Shown piece by piece: positions 62,276-64,000 of a DNA stretch of 64,000 bases. The DNA lies in contig CBDCTK010000002.1 in NCBI GenBank assembly GCA_965222225.1, positions 1,728,001-1,792,000 on the forward strand, given 5' to 3'. A model generated the notes under the pieces. The model made no database searches and was not told the origin of the DNA. It saw only the letters and a program-made list of their open reading frames with translations. Position 1 is the first letter of the stretch. Every line of letters begins with the position of its first letter. This DNA comes from Candidatus Poribacteria bacterium (lineage in GTDB: Bacteria > Poribacteria > WGA-4E > JAJDTR01). The position numbers and the translations under genes are program-made.

Positions 62276-63538
62276 GTGAGTCAAACAATTCATGAAATGG
62301 TAGAATCCAAAGCACGCACCGCGAAAGCCGCGATGCGAAAACTATCCAAAACTTCCTCTGATGTCCGCAACCGGGCGCTTCTCGCGATGGCGGAGGGCAT
62401 TATTCGGTTCAAGGATAAAATTCGAGATGCCAACGAGATTGATTTGAGAGCTGGCCGAGACACCGGGCTTGCCGCTCCTTTGATGAGTCGGCTCGCGTTG
62501 GACGATAAAAAGATTGAAAGAATGGCGGATAATCTCAAGCAGGTTGCCGCATTTCCTGATCCCATCGGCGAGGTAGTTCACATGGGAGAACGCCCGAATG
62601 GGCTGAAGATTGGAACGGTTCGGGTCCCGATTGGTGTTATCGGGGTGATTTACGAATCGCGCCCGGATGTCACCGTTGAAGTCTCCGCTTTGTGCGTCAA
62701 GTCGGGCAATGGCGTTATCCTGCGCGGCGGATCGGAAGCCATCCATTCAAACACAGCTCTTGCAAACATATTGACTGAGACAGCGGAAAAAGAAGGGGTG
62801 GCCGGCGCGATACAGTTTGTTGACATCACGAATCGGCAGGCGGTACGGGAGATGATCTCAATGTCCAATCACATCGATCTCATCGTACCGCGCGGTAGCC
62901 AGGAGTTCATCCGCCACATCATGAAAACCTCCGACATCGCTGTCGTTGGTCATGCGGACGGAATCTGCCATGTGTACGTTGATGAGGCTGCCGACCTCAA
63001 CATGGCTGAAGATATCTGTATCAACGCCAAGGTGGGATATAAAGTTGCCGCGTGTAACGCAATGGAAACACTGCTAGTTCACGCGTCTGTCGCACCGCAA
63101 TTCCTGCCGTCAATGTGCGAGAAATTCGCAGCTGAAGGCGTGGAGTTGCGGGGGTGCGAAGAAACGCGGAAGTTATATCCCACCGCCAAACCCGCAACCG
63201 AGGAGGATTGGCGAACAGAGTATCTGGATGAAATATTGTCGATTCGGATTGTTCCTGACTTCGATGGCGCGATTGATCACATTGAGACTTACGGTTCACA
63301 CCATTCCGATGCAATCGTCACCGAGAGTTACGCAAACTCGCAACGGTTTCTAAAAGAGGTCGATTCGGCGGCTGTGTATGTCAACGCAAGCACCTGTTTT
63401 ACCGATGGCTATGAATTTGGACTTGGCGCGGAAGTTGGCATCAGCACCCAGAAACTCCATTGTCGAGGACCCATGGGACTTCAAGGCTTGACGAGTTACA
63501 AATACATCGTCTATGGAAACGGGCAGGTGCGTACGTAA
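62276..63538 (+). CDS. proA: Gamma-glutamyl phosphate reductase
   Basis: VPIGVIGVIYESRP, KSGN.VILRGGSEA, G.CHVYVD, CNAMETLLVH, EVGISTQKLH.RGPMGL. Confidence 0.96.
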   Translation: MSQTIHEMVESKARTAKAAMRKLSKTSSDVRNRALLAMAEGIIRFKDKIRDANEIDLRAGRDTGLAAPLMSRLALDDKKIERMADNLKQVAAFPDPIGEVVHMGERPNGLKIGTVRVPIGVIGVIYESRPDVTVEVSALCVKSGNGVILRGGSEAIHSNTALANILTETAEKEGVAGAIQFVDITNRQAVREMISMSNHIDLIVPRGSQEFIRHIMKTSDIAVVGHADGICHVYVDEAADLNMAEDICINAKVGYKVAACNAMETLLVHASVAPQFLPSMCEKFAAEGVELRGCEETRKLYPTAKPATEEDWRTEYLDEILSIRIVPDFDGAIDHIETYGSHHSDAIVTESYANSQRFLKEVDSAAVYVNASTCFTDGYEFGLGAEVGISTQKLHCRGPMGLQGLTSYKYIVYGNGQVRT

Positions 63539-63718
63539 GGTTTCTTCAGAAGAACCGAGTGCGATCCACGACTGCGTCCTATGATGCCCGTGCTTGCTCC
63601 GTCACCGTGTGGACGTTAGGAGTCAACAATCCTTGACCCCATAGTGTTGATTGCCGACGCCAAGACAAATTCCGCATTCCACGTGCTGATGACACCGGAA
63701 CAACCGTCCTGCCAACAA

Positions 63719-64000
63719 CTAATCGGTTGTCCCACCAGACATCTGCTCCAGCGCTAGCGTCAGCGCGTGTGTTCCAAGGCGGCCATGCCCTTGGGCTTGC
63801 ACGGCAAGGTAAAGTTGATGAACGAGGGCAAGCCCCGGAAGACTCAGACCCATTTTTTTTGACTCATCAAGGGCGATACCCATGTCCTTGATGAAATGCT
63901 CGACGAAGAAGCCCGGATCGAAATTGCGCTTGAGGATTCGCGGCGCCAAGTTATCGAGCGTCCAACAGGCGGCGGCGCCGCCGCCAATTGACGATAGCAT
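63719..64000 (-). CDS. 3-hydroxyisobutyrate/tartronate-semialdehyde dehydrogenase family, C-terminal part (runs off the window)
   Basis: GGAAACW.L....PR....F.PGF.V.HF.KDMGIAL...LPGLAL..QLY...GT.AL. Confidence 0.85.
   Translation of the reverse strand: MLSSIGGGAAACWTLDNLAPRILKRNFDPGFFVEHFIKDMGIALDESKKMGLSLPGLALVHQLYLAVQAQGHGRLGTHALTLALEQMSGGTTD

Overview
Bacterial chromosomal window, most likely Candidatus Poribacteria. This is an inference from a dockerin plus 'LLPNYPNPFNPETWIPY' C-terminal sorting-domain protein, a PhyH-family remnant and trypsin/TPR paralogs. Core content: tRNA-Thr(GGT)-rpmG-tRNA-Trp-secE-nusG-rplKAJL with an L10 leader and attenuator but no tuf or rpoB; mutS; a PorY/PorX-like two-component pair; RNase E/G; rplU-rpmA; obgE-proB-proA; hemE; fur; ogt; ygfZ; pcm; and an amidase. 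Accessory content includes an 11-haem cytochrome, a DUF4097-CBM9-POTRA-Omp85 fusion and PorV/CTD T9SS-like proteins. A ~9.7 kb variable region between rpmA and obgE holds a diverged duplicate of the obgE 5' end, decayed toxin-antitoxin genes and nested IS1/ISL3/MITE remnants. Several families of short inverted-repeat elements carry REP-like palindromes. The most notable observations are an L10 with a fourth L12-binding segment (possible octameric stalk), the carbohydrate-binding Omp85 fusion, the MITE-plus-REP composite elements, the T9SS-like set and an unusual 3-TM SecE. All calls come from reading motifs by eye; no searches were run.
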